Shown here: positions 18,701-27,850 of the stretch, piece after piece
How the letters are laid out: the number at the start of each line of letters is the position of its first letter
Position numbering within the stretch: position 1 is the first letter of the stretch
Assembly (NCBI GenBank): GCA_021498095.1
Contig: JAIZWK010000001.1
Coordinates: 1,320,001-1,352,000 of the forward strand
Source of the DNA: Candidatus Harpocratesius repetitus
GTDB lineage: Archaea; Asgardarchaeota; Lokiarchaeia; Sigyniarchaeales; Promethearchaeaceae
Direction: 5' to 3'
Length of the DNA stretch: 32,000 nucleotides
Notes under the pieces: generated by a model
Databases searched by the model: none
What the model saw: the letters and a program-made list of their open reading frames with translations, nothing else
Told to the model about the DNA's origin: nothing
Made by a program: the position numbers and the translations under genes

Positions 18701-19081
18701 CACTTTTAATGTAATATTTTCAAAATATGGAACAGGTATGCCGTTTTCATCTAAAATAAAGTCTCCCGTTGTTTCATTGATTTGAATCTGATCAGGACCG
18801 CACAAGAAGAAAGTCTTATTAACTGCCAGCATATTTTCATGTTCGGTATAATTTTGGTTAACGTATGTATAAGTCTCGTAAATCCATTCATCCATGTATG
18901 ATTGATCTAAACTGAGCATATCATTATCTCACAAATTTCTTCTCTCAATCCATTCTTCAAAAATACCGTCCTCATCCCTATCAATTGAGCGCTTTATTCC
19001 TGCGTTATAAGAATATGCAATATTTTTGGTAAAATATACAAGCTGACCGTTAGAAATATAAAACTGCTCAAAATCTGGCAT
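15767..19081 (-). pseudogene. Single ~1100-codon reading frame of a large acidic/aromatic protein, interrupted by in-frame TGA (18931-18929) and TAG (18424-18422), and probably 5'-truncated
   Basis: The ORFs 18422..18919 and 15767..18421 are in one frame (…ELFPLY*MYSVYGW…). The frame continues upstream as MPDFEQFYISNGQLVYFTKNIAYSYNAGIKRSIDRDEDGIFEEWIERRNL*DNDMLSLDQ. It has Dx[DN]xDG-like motifs (DRDEDG, DLNGDS). Confidence 0.7.
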
Positions 19082-19085
19082 AAAA

Positions 19086-19370
19086 ACCCTACACGACAAC
19101 GAGAATTATATCCGAGATCTTTATCGCCAAAAATGGTTAATAGAAATCGCATTTCGTGAAATGAATCGGTTAGGCATTGCACAAAAGGTACAAGATCGCA
19201 ATATCCGGCTGAATATTATGGGAGTTCGGTGTTTTTTGTATAATATATGGCAGACACAACGATTTCTGATAAAAAGAAACGATCCTACCGTAAAAGACTT
19301 AGAATTGAATGAATTTCTTGAAATGTGCTCAAATCATCGGTATCCATTATATTTTTCATCTGTGAATTGA
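19086..19370 (+). mobile_element. 3' fragment of a DDE transposase (IS4/ISH3-like)
   Basis: Extending ORF 19161..19370 upstream gives YIRDLYRQKWLIEIAFREMNRLG…CFLYNIW. This matches the Y-x(2-3)-[RK]W-x-IE-x2-FR signature around the catalytic Glu. The N-terminal part is absent, and the left boundary is approximate. Confidence 0.7.
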
Positions 19371-19539
19371 AAAAAGAAATATTATCATAGAGAAACGAAT
19401 AGATTAATTTTAAATAGAAGAAAAGGGATCAATTACATAGTGAATGCTATCTATTTTATTTAAGAGATAATGGAAAAAAAGGGGATGGGGAAAATCCGTC
19501 CTCATTCCTTTTTATACTGAATAACTATTTTTTTATTAT

Positions 19540-19604
19540 CTTCAAAAAACTGTTTTTGGTAATTTGAAGGTGGTTGAATTAAGATGAGAAAAATAAATTT
19601 AGTT
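19540..19604 (+). repeat. Right copy of the 65-bp direct repeat; contains the RBS (GAAGGTGG) and first 7 codons of 19584..21581
   Basis: cttcaaaaaactgtttttggtaatttgaaggtggttgaattaagatgagaaaaataaatttagtt. Confidence 0.95.
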
Positions 19605-21581
19605 CTTTTCTGCGGAATCAGTTTGTTATTGATTAACGCTACTATGAATGTAACTCTTGGTGTCGGTGATGGAGTTACAACTGATTTTAACAATTCTACC
19701 TATAAACAAGGTGAATTTGCTGGACAATATTATTATTCCTATTATTGGTATAACGAAACATTTCCAACTTGGGAATATCAAGATGACTATACCTATTGGG
19801 AGCTGCTGTGGTTAAATAACGGCACTGAAGACACATGGGTTGTCGTTGTGGTCGATTATAACATGACTATAAATGATTCAGGAAATCTTTCATATCTGAA
19901 CTTTAATATTTACGATGATCCTGATGGTTCTTTCTTAACAAATTATGATGACAATTGGAGCGAATTTGATGCTGTTGATTGGGAAGGATACGATGATTAT
20001 TACGTCGATGAAAATGCTGATGTTATAGGATGGGATGAAAATTGGACAGATTCAAACGATACCAATTGGGATGATTCTTGGCTTGATAATTGGGATATTT
20101 CAGATAATGGTGTAGTTAAATCAGAAAATGTTTCTGAAGGCTTTTCAGGTGATTTTTCTGATGAAGACCCTGGTGAGTCTGGTGAGTATTCAACAATGGA
20201 AGAATCCTTAACTGGTGATGAAGGATTATGGTTCATTGATATTTATTTTGAAGAATGGGCAACAACATACACTGGTAGCATTAATTATACTTGGTATAAT
20301 GTAGAATATTCCGATGATTATGAAATAATTTTAGGAAGTTTAATTGATCCTTCTAATTTAGGTCCTGCATCGACTTCCCCTTATTCAGATTCAGATGATG
20401 ATTATTGGTGGTACGATTGGGATTGGGAATGGGCTCAAATGATGATGATAAACGAAACCTATGATGATGAAACCTATTCATGGACTTGGTTTTCATATGA
20501 TATCGGCCAATGGGTGAGTTTTTATGATAATTTGACAAATCAATATACTTTCCTTTCTCAAGATGTTGCTTACATTGGTATGTCTCTATATGAAGACATA
20601 AATGGAAATGGTGTTGTTGATGTATCTTATGATCCTTATTATGAAAATGAAAGTTATTGGGATGATGAAGAATGGATGCTTAGCCAAGTAGAAGATGTAG
20701 ATGAAGGTTCTATAAGTGATCCCACTTATGATATGAACGTCAGCGATTCTGAAGAAAAATATTTGCTTACATTAAATTCAGTTGGGAATGTCGTTTGGGG
20801 GATTCCTGAAATTAGTGAAAATAGTGCTGAATTTTGGATATGCTTAGAAGATGTGGACTTTCTAGCTGTTCCTTATGCATCCAATTATGAATGGTTTATG
20901 GACGATTCTTCCGATGGAAGCTTAATTATAGCCAGCAATGTTGATCATCTTAATATTTCATTTGCATTTGAAAGTGGTGAAACTGGTTCTAGTGTTGCAG
21001 TAAAGCATGATATTGCTGATTTCACAGATCCAGAAACTCATAATTCCATCACTGCATTTGAAAATCTCTCCATGACAATTGATTACAGCATGTATATTGA
21101 TCAATATTCTGAATTAATGGCTTGCGATACAACTGAGGAAATTGTTGGTGAAACTGGTGAAGAATTCGACTCTGCAATGGCTTTTGATGGTGAAATCACA
21201 ATTGATTTGGAAAATCAGAGCAAAGAATTGATGTCTATGGATTTTACAATGCCATATACATGGGGAAAAGATGGAGTAGAGTATAATAATACCGTAGCAA
21301 TAAGTCCCATCTATGGTTATGAATATATGTACTCAGATGAGGAAGTTGGGCAGGCATCATCCTTTTCTTATATAAGTAATTCATATATTTATTCAATGTG
21401 CTTTAATTGGCAGGGATATTCCATAATCATGGATCCAACGTTTGTATCTTATTATGTAGATATTAAAAATGATGCAGGATTACCTGGAACTTCGTTATTT
21501 AAAGTCGGAGGAATTGTAGTTCTTTCGATATTAGCTGGAATTGGTTTAGTTGTTATATTAAAAAAAGCAAAATTTAGATAG
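19584..21581 (+). CDS. Acidic cell-surface protein with signal peptide and C-terminal TM anchor; paralog of the ectodomain of 11452..13983
   Basis: Shared blocks with 11452 along the whole length (LNNGT-D-WV, SL[ST]GDE, WFSYD-x-[SG]QWVS, GMSLY-D-N-NG, WGK…NTVA[LI]SP-YG, GYSIIMDPTF). Ends in a TM helix plus KKAKFR. Confidence 0.85.
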   Translation: MRKINLVLFCGISLLLINATMNVTLGVGDGVTTDFNNSTYKQGEFAGQYYYSYYWYNETFPTWEYQDDYTYWELLWLNNGTEDTWVVVVVDYNMTINDSGNLSYLNFNIYDDPDGSFLTNYDDNWSEFDAVDWEGYDDYYVDENADVIGWDENWTDSNDTNWDDSWLDNWDISDNGVVKSENVSEGFSGDFSDEDPGESGEYSTMEESLTGDEGLWFIDIYFEEWATTYTGSINYTWYNVEYSDDYEIILGSLIDPSNLGPASTSPYSDSDDDYWWYDWDWEWAQMMMINETYDDETYSWTWFSYDIGQWVSFYDNLTNQYTFLSQDVAYIGMSLYEDINGNGVVDVSYDPYYENESYWDDEEWMLSQVEDVDEGSISDPTYDMNVSDSEEKYLLTLNSVGNVVWGIPEISENSAEFWICLEDVDFLAVPYASNYEWFMDDSSDGSLIIASNVDHLNISFAFESGETGSSVAVKHDIADFTDPETHNSITAFENLSMTIDYSMYIDQYSELMACDTTEEIVGETGEEFDSAMAFDGEITIDLENQSKELMSMDFTMPYTWGKDGVEYNNTVAISPIYGYEYMYSDEEVGQASSFSYISNSYIYSMCFNWQGYSIIMDPTFVSYYVDIKNDAGLPGTSLFKVGGIVVLSILAGIGLVVILKKAKFR

Positions 21582-21636
21582 ATTATTTAAAATACTTTTT
21601 ATAACTTTGATCTTTTTTCTTTTTACAATTTACTTT

Positions 21637-22107
21637 TTACTTTTTTAATTTCCTTTCATGTTCCAATAACCATTTCTTTTTATCAATTCCCGCGCTGTAT
21701 CCTCCTAATTTTCCACTCGTTTGAATCACACGATGACAAGGAATTACGATTGCAATCGGGTTTTTTCCATTTGCATTTCCTACTGCACGCATCGCTTTTG
21801 AATTACCAATTCTTTCTGCAATTTCTTTATAAGTTGTTATCTTTCCATAAGGTATATTTTTTAATTCTGACCACACTTTTCGTTGAAAGATGGTTCCTTC
21901 CAGCGCCAATGGTAAATCAAATTTAGTAAGTTCGTGATTGAAATACTTCTTTAGTTGATTAATTGCATTATTTGTAATTTTATTTGGATTGGAAGGTGTT
22001 CTAGGTGATTTAGTAAACATGATTGAGGTAATCACCTTATTGTTTGCGCATATTTCAAGATAACCGATTGGGGTTTTAAAAGAATTAAAAAAAGGTGAAT
22101 TTTTCAC
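21637..22107 (-). CDS. ogt: Methylated-DNA-[protein]-cysteine S-methyltransferase
   Basis: GTIFQRKVW, IPYGKITTY, RAVGNANGKNP, IPCHRVI and GGYSAG. Confidence 0.95.
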   Translation of the reverse strand: MKNSPFFNSFKTPIGYLEICANNKVITSIMFTKSPRTPSNPNKITNNAINQLKKYFNHELTKFDLPLALEGTIFQRKVWSELKNIPYGKITTYKEIAERIGNSKAMRAVGNANGKNPIAIVIPCHRVIQTSGKLGGYSAGIDKKKWLLEHERKLKK

Positions 22108-22338
22108 GATTTTTCTCCATGGAAAATAAGATATTGTCTTATTTGAGTTTTTCTTTCATCATATCTACCAATTCAAAATAAAATTTTTTGTAGAGTGCTA
22201 ATTCACGTCTACATTCAGATAATTGAGAACGTAGTTCCATTTCCTCAATTATTTCTTGATAAAGATTCTGCAAAATAGTGTTAGAAAAGATTTATGCTAA
22301 AAAAAAGAAAAACGCTTTTTTTTGAGTTATTTGAAAAG

Positions 22339-25101
22339 TTATGATAAGAAATCTAATTGGAGTTCAAGTTGTTCTTTTTTCTCTTGATATTCTTCTAATT
22401 TTTCGCGTTCTTGCTGTACCAATTCTTTTGGAGCCCGTTCCGCAAAACTTCCTTGAAGTTTTTTATTGATCTTAGTAATCATATTTTCAACTTTTTTTAA
22501 TGCTTTTTGAATTCGGTTCTTTTCTTTCTCCAAGTCGATCATTCCGGCTAAAGGTAAAAAGGCTGTAATTCCATGTAAAATGATACGAGCTGATTGTTTG
22601 GGTTGTTCAATATTTTGCTCAATTTGTATTTTTTCTTTATCTAATCCAGCTAACTGCACCAATTCACGTTTCCATGAAGTAAATATCTCTGAATTCTCCG
22701 CTTTTATCATCATGGGTATTGCTTTATTGCTTGGAATGTTGAAATTGTGTTTAATATGGCGGATTTCACGAATGAATTCTGAAATTAGAGTAAATTCTTT
22801 TTCAATTTCAGAAGAAATCAATTTTTCATCTGGTTTTGGCCAAGATGCCACAATAATCGCTGGACTATCCTTGAGATATTCGGGAAGTACCTGCCATAAT
22901 TTCTCAGTCAGAAATGGCATTGATGGATGTAAAAGCCTGAAAAAGGTTTCTAATACGTGAATAAGAACTGCTTTTTGAATTTCTTTATGTAAATGTTCTT
23001 TATCATAAAGATATAATTTAGAGCATTCTAAATACCAATCGCAATAATCCGACCAGAAGAAGTTTTTAAGTTCACGAGTCATTCGAAGATAATCATATTT
23101 TTCCATATATGTATTCACTTGGCGAATTAACCTATTTAAACGGGAGAGAATCCATTTATCTGGAAGCTCCAATTGAGAGTAATTAATTTCAGCCATTGGG
23201 ATTATTTTCTCATTTTCATCAATATTTCCTAATACATATCTAGTAGCTTGCCATATTTTATTGCAAAATCGGTGCGCTGCTTCAACATTTCTAAGATCAA
23301 GGTTTTGATCCAATCCAGGTGTGCAGTTTGACAGTAGCGTATAACGTAAAGAATCTGCACCGTAATTTTCGATTATATTTAGAGGATCGTATTGTTCCAC
23401 ATTTTCCATTGATTTTGAGATTTTCTGACCCTTTTCATTTCGTATTAATCCATGTAAATAAACATGTTTAAATGGAGCCTTTCCAGTTAACTCTATTCCC
23501 ATCATCATTTCGCGTGCCACCCAGAAAAATAGAATATCATAACCAGTTTCACGTATGTCTGTGGGATAAAATTTTAGATAATCTGGACTTTCAACGTTTG
23601 GCCAACCTAAGGTTGAAAAAGACCATAATGCTGATGAAAACCAAGTATCTAAAACGTCTTCTTCTTGCTCAATTTTATTACTTCCACATTTTGGACATTT
23701 TTCCACCTTATTTATATGAGGTTCAGGACAAATTTCAGCTTCACAATCTTGACAATACCATATTGGAATTCGATGACCCCACCACAATTGGCGTGATATA
23801 CACCAATCTCGAATATTGCTCATCCAGTGGTAAAATCTTTGTTCTTCTCGTTCTGGTAAAATTGTTATTTCGCCTGATTTTACTGCATTCATGGCTGCTT
23901 CAGCAAGCGGCTTAGTTTTAACAAACCATTGAATTGAAACTCGTGGTTCAATTGCAGTATGACAGCGCTGGCAGTGTCCAACTGCATGTTGATATGGTTC
24001 GATTTTAACCATAAGGCCTTCTTTCTCGAGATCTTTTACGATCGCCTCTCTACATTCAAAACGATCCATTGATGCATAATGAGATGATATTTCAGGTAAT
24101 ATTCTGGCTTTTTCATCAAATATATTTATAAATTCTAAATGATTTCGTATACCAACTTCAAAATCATTTGGATCATGAGCTGGTGTGATTTTCACTGCTC
24201 CAGTTCCAAATTCTGGATCAACATGCTCATCTACAATGATTGGGATTTCTTTTCCTATTACTGGAAGAACAGCAAATTTGCCAATCAATTTGCCAAATTG
24301 ATGATGTTGTGGATGTGTGGCAATCGCAGTATCACCCATTAATGTTTCGGGTCGCGTGGTAGCAACTTCAATAAACTCTGTCGCACCTTCTGCCCATTTT
24401 CCAGAACCCCATTCATGAGTTGGACCTGACCATTTATCTGTTTTTATTGGATAACGGATATACCAAAGATTCGAGTTTTCATCAATAGCTTCCGTCTCTA
24501 AATCAGAAATTGCTGATTCACATCGACCAGGGCACCAATTTACCATATATTCTCCTCTATAGATTAATCCTTTTTGATATAGGCGATAAAATGCTTCTCG
24601 CACTGCATGGGATAGATCTTCATCTAAAGTAAAATGCTCTCTGGTCCAATCGCTACTGATTCCAATACTTTTAGATTGTTTGGTAATCCGTGCGTGGTAT
24701 TGTTCTTTCCATTCCCACACTTTTTGAACGAATTTTTCTCTTCCTATTTCTTTACGCGAAATTCCTTCTTTTGCTAATTCTCGCTCCACTACATTTTGAG
24801 TGGCAATACCCGCATGATCTGTTCCAGGAATAAAGAGTGTTTCTTTATGTTTCATACGCTCATATCGGGTCATAAGATCTTCAATAGATATGGTGATTGC
24901 GTGCCCTAAATGAAGTTGTCCAGTTACATTTGGGAGTGGAAGGGTGATGCAATATTTTTCAGTTTTATCATCAAAGAAACCTAATTCTTTTATTTTTTCA
25001 GGTCGAAAATATCCTTCTCTTTCCCACCATTCATATATTTCAGCTTCAAATTCATTATGATTATACACTTTTGGTAATTGTTCGCTTAGTTTTTCCACCA
25101 T
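22339..25101 (-). CDS. valS: Valyl-tRNA synthetase (bacterial/eukaryotic type)
   Basis: PNVTGQLHLGH, GTDHAGIATQ, ATTRPET, GTGAVKITPAHD, DWCISRQLWWGH, DVLDTWFSS, KISKS, and a C-terminal coiled-coil arm. Confidence 0.97.
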   Translation of the reverse strand: MVEKLSEQLPKVYNHNEFEAEIYEWWEREGYFRPEKIKELGFFDDKTEKYCITLPLPNVTGQLHLGHAITISIEDLMTRYERMKHKETLFIPGTDHAGIATQNVVERELAKEGISRKEIGREKFVQKVWEWKEQYHARITKQSKSIGISSDWTREHFTLDEDLSHAVREAFYRLYQKGLIYRGEYMVNWCPGRCESAISDLETEAIDENSNLWYIRYPIKTDKWSGPTHEWGSGKWAEGATEFIEVATTRPETLMGDTAIATHPQHHQFGKLIGKFAVLPVIGKEIPIIVDEHVDPEFGTGAVKITPAHDPNDFEVGIRNHLEFINIFDEKARILPEISSHYASMDRFECREAIVKDLEKEGLMVKIEPYQHAVGHCQRCHTAIEPRVSIQWFVKTKPLAEAAMNAVKSGEITILPEREEQRFYHWMSNIRDWCISRQLWWGHRIPIWYCQDCEAEICPEPHINKVEKCPKCGSNKIEQEEDVLDTWFSSALWSFSTLGWPNVESPDYLKFYPTDIRETGYDILFFWVAREMMMGIELTGKAPFKHVYLHGLIRNEKGQKISKSMENVEQYDPLNIIENYGADSLRYTLLSNCTPGLDQNLDLRNVEAAHRFCNKIWQATRYVLGNIDENEKIIPMAEINYSQLELPDKWILSRLNRLIRQVNTYMEKYDYLRMTRELKNFFWSDYCDWYLECSKLYLYDKEHLHKEIQKAVLIHVLETFFRLLHPSMPFLTEKLWQVLPEYLKDSPAIIVASWPKPDEKLISSEIEKEFTLISEFIREIRHIKHNFNIPSNKAIPMMIKAENSEIFTSWKRELVQLAGLDKEKIQIEQNIEQPKQSARIILHGITAFLPLAGMIDLEKEKNRIQKALKKVENMITKINKKLQGSFAERAPKELVQQEREKLEEYQEKKEQLELQLDFLS

Positions 25102-25258
25102 AATTCTTCTACTCCCAATGAAATTATATCTGGGTGTTAATCGGTTCTACTCAAGTTCAAATGAAAGAGATAAGGATAAAAGAAAAATTTTTAGATCAAT
25201 GTAAATTCCTTAAAAAACATAAAAAAAAAAGTTATTAATTAACAGTAATTAGAAACTC

Positions 25259-26110
25259 TTATGGTTGAATAGGATATGGAGGATACTCTGAATAAAGCCG
25301 CATGAAATCTATTCGAATTATATCCCCGCTATCTAAAAATGCAAAGTCAAGAACAAAATGCGTCGATCCTAAATTACTTACAGGAACACAATAAGTATAA
25401 GGGGAATCTGCTGCATGACTTTCAAGTCCACCTATGTCGGGTGTGTGTGTTGTGTAAAGATCTGTCCAAGTGTATGGGCCATTAACTATTTCTAATTCTA
25501 ATACAAGCCATAGAATACTTAAAGGATCTTGTACATCAAAATTAATTTGAACCCAAGTTGCTTTTGAACCATCTACTACAGTAAATTCTGCAAAATTGTT
25601 GTCATCTAAAGTGATAAGATTAAGAAAATCACCTTGAAAATCCAAATTTGGTGAAGATCCACAACTATCTGGATATTCCGGGCGGGGGATCGTTGGATAT
25701 ACAAAATAAACATTGCAGCTATCTGAAGCTGTAATAACTTCTTGAGAACCAAATTCGTCTGCATAAAAAACAATAGTTATTTTTCCTTCACCTTGATAAT
25801 CATGTAAATTAAAGGTAAGTTGAAGACCACTTTGCCATACTTTATTGGCAATTTGTACATTATTCAAATATATTAATGCATATGTTGGAGTACAATCTTC
25901 TGCAATTGCTGTCCAATGCAACGAGATATAATCTCCTTCATATTCTACACTTTTTATGATTTCTTCACTAGGTTTGGAAGTAATATTTATACTACCATCA
26001 TATCTTGGAAAAATTGGAACCCATCCGAAAACTGGTTGAAAACCTAGTGTTAAGAATAAAATAAAAAATGTACAACCAATAAATCTTGTTTTATTCTTTT
26101 TTATATTCAT
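25259..26110 (-). CDS. Secreted hypothetical protein, beta-rich
   Basis: Basic N-terminus followed by the hydrophobic stretch FIGCTFFILFLTLGFQPVFG. No second TM helix and no recognisable catalytic motif. Confidence 0.7.
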   Translation of the reverse strand: MNIKKNKTRFIGCTFFILFLTLGFQPVFGWVPIFPRYDGSINITSKPSEEIIKSVEYEGDYISLHWTAIAEDCTPTYALIYLNNVQIANKVWQSGLQLTFNLHDYQGEGKITIVFYADEFGSQEVITASDSCNVYFVYPTIPRPEYPDSCGSSPNLDFQGDFLNLITLDDNNFAEFTVVDGSKATWVQINFDVQDPLSILWLVLELEIVNGPYTWTDLYTTHTPDIGGLESHAADSPYTYCVPVSNLGSTHFVLDFAFLDSGDIIRIDFMRLYSEYPPYPIQP

Positions 26111-26839
26111 AATTCTTCACTTTTTAGTTAATAAATTACAGTTTTGAAACAAATCAAGACTTAAAAAAAATGAATGATATCAAATTTTAGTATTAAAATA
26201 TTTGGTATATTCATAACAAATAATTTGTATGAATGAATAAAAATCTTTATAGAAAATATATATTGTTATCAATATGTTATTATTTTTCTATATTAATACA
26301 TATGTCTCTTTAAACAGGGAAAATCATCCTAAATCTTAATTTGATAATCGATTTTAACTTTGTTTAATATAATGGGTTAAATAGAATTGTTTACGAATAT
26401 TTCTCAAGTGTAATCAAGAACAGAAATTCATGCATCCATCACAATTCTTATAACCCAAAAATTTTTTACAAAAAAATCTTGTTTACACGAAGAATTGCAG
26501 TCAATATTAAAAATCTCAAAAAAATAAAAATCCTGCATAGTTTACGCATTTGTCAATATTCCATCCAAATTTGAAAATTGTCGATCAGAAATTTAGACCT
26601 TTTATTCTCAAATTCTACTATTTTTTGACTAAAAATGATCAAAAATCGAATTTTAATCATATTTTCTAAAGCCTTTTTTTACGACTAACATATTTTAAGG
26701 CCAATTTTGAATATGTCGGAAAAAGATAGACAAATATTGTAATTTAATCAAAAATACAGAAGTTGCTAGAACCTCTAATAATGCAAAAAATGAAAAAAAT
26801 GAACATTAAAAAAAGTAGTAAATCAATATTAAAAATAAT

Positions 26840-27532
26840 ATGAAGTTTATTTCAAAATATGAAGCAGTTTGGACCTGTCTTTTAATTATTCCTATGTTTG
26901 TATCTTCATACATTTCTGCGATAACTTTTGTACAATTGGGATTGCCTCTTTTAGGAACAGAAGTGATAGGAATCTCTCCGTCTACTACATCAAATATTAT
27001 TTTACTCTTTGCAATTGCGGGAGGGATTGGAGTTCTTTTAGGAGGTGTTATCCTTCAAAAGATTGTGGGTAAATTAGAATGGAAAATTGGAATTGGAATA
27101 ATCATGAGTATTATTTCTTTTGGAATGATGGCACTAATTCCATTATTAAATTCAACAACAGATTTTCTCTTGTGGATGATATCTTTAGGATTTATTCTAA
27201 TCATTAATACTCCAATAAGTTATTCTCTTCTTCAAACATATGAACAAATTTGCACACGAGCTGCTTCACATTTCATTCCATTATTTACACCCACAGTTGC
27301 CGATTTAGCTATTGCTTATGTAACTCTCAAATACAATCCGTCTGCTGTTCTAGATAATACGCGCTTTCCTCATGGATTTACTGCAGAAAATCGACAATGG
27401 CTGATAACATGTGCTAATCCTACTATAATCGACTACCTTCAAGCCAATCTTCATCATGCTGATCCTTTAATAACTGAAATTCTCTTATTACAGAAAAAAA
27501 AGTTACAAAATTCCCCATTTTTCCTTATTTGA
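26840..27532 (+). CDS. Chimeric ORF: MFS-transporter fragment (~4 TM) fused to the domain shared with 10507..11337
   Basis: Residues 1-132 resemble an MFS C-terminal half (GIGVLLGG…NTPISYSLLQ). From residue 133 (27236) the sequence aligns with the C-terminus of 10507..11337. Confidence 0.7.
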   Translation: MKFISKYEAVWTCLLIIPMFVSSYISAITFVQLGLPLLGTEVIGISPSTTSNIILLFAIAGGIGVLLGGVILQKIVGKLEWKIGIGIIMSIISFGMMALIPLLNSTTDFLLWMISLGFILIINTPISYSLLQTYEQICTRAASHFIPLFTPTVADLAIAYVTLKYNPSAVLDNTRFPHGFTAENRQWLITCANPTIIDYLQANLHHADPLITEILLLQKKKLQNSPFFLI

Positions 27533-27606
27533 CCTTCATCGTTTTTCATTTTACACAAATAATTTTAGAAATTTCGCTATATTGTAAAGAATAATAAGAA
27601 AAAAAA

Positions 27607-27614
27607 TTTAAAGT
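27607..27614 (+). promoter_or_regulatory. Putative TATA box, with purine-rich BRE upstream, for tRNA-Ala
   Basis: TTTAAAGT preceded by AAGAAAAAAA, about 25-30 nt upstream of the tRNA start. Confidence 0.5.
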
Positions 27615-27637
27615 TGGCTTCATTTAGAGACATAAAA

Positions 27638-27710
27638 GGGCCCATGGCTTAGTTGGTAGAGCGTCTGATTCGCATTCAGAAGGTGGAGGATTCGATTTCC
27701 TCTGGGTCCA
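27638..27710 (+). tRNA. tRNA-Ala(CGC), no intron, CCA not encoded
   Basis: Acceptor GGGCCCA/TGGGTCC with the G3:U70 alanine identity pair, anticodon arm TCTGA-TTCGCAT-TCAGA, T arm GAGGA-TTCGATT-TCCTC. Confidence 0.97.
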
Positions 27711-27850
27711 TGCCTTTTTCATAAAAATTTTCTTCCCTTTTTGTAAATACGATTAATTATGATGACATCTACCATACTAAAGAAAAAATTGCCGATTTTT
27801 TTATTTAAAGCACAACACACAATTTTTCCTTATTTTTCCTTATCTTTTTT

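Larger units (their letters stand above)
14271..19604. mobile_element. ~5.3-kb inserted, decayed island bounded by direct repeats
   Basis: Direct repeats 5269 bp apart. The long cargo ORFs run on the strand opposite to the flanking genes and are visibly richer in G/C. A transposase remnant and interrupted frames lie inside. No integrase is seen. Confidence 0.65.

Noticed and set aside
18422-18931. Selenocysteine/pyrrolysine readthrough or genome-wide stop recoding, also considered for the TGA at 29282
   Set aside because: No redox or methyltransferase context and no SECIS-like hairpin recognised. Other genes in the window end normally at TGA and TAG.
10400-27710. tRNA-targeted prophage or island with a duplicated tRNA 3' end
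   Set aside because: No second copy of either tRNA 3' end was found by eye, and there is no integrase in the window.
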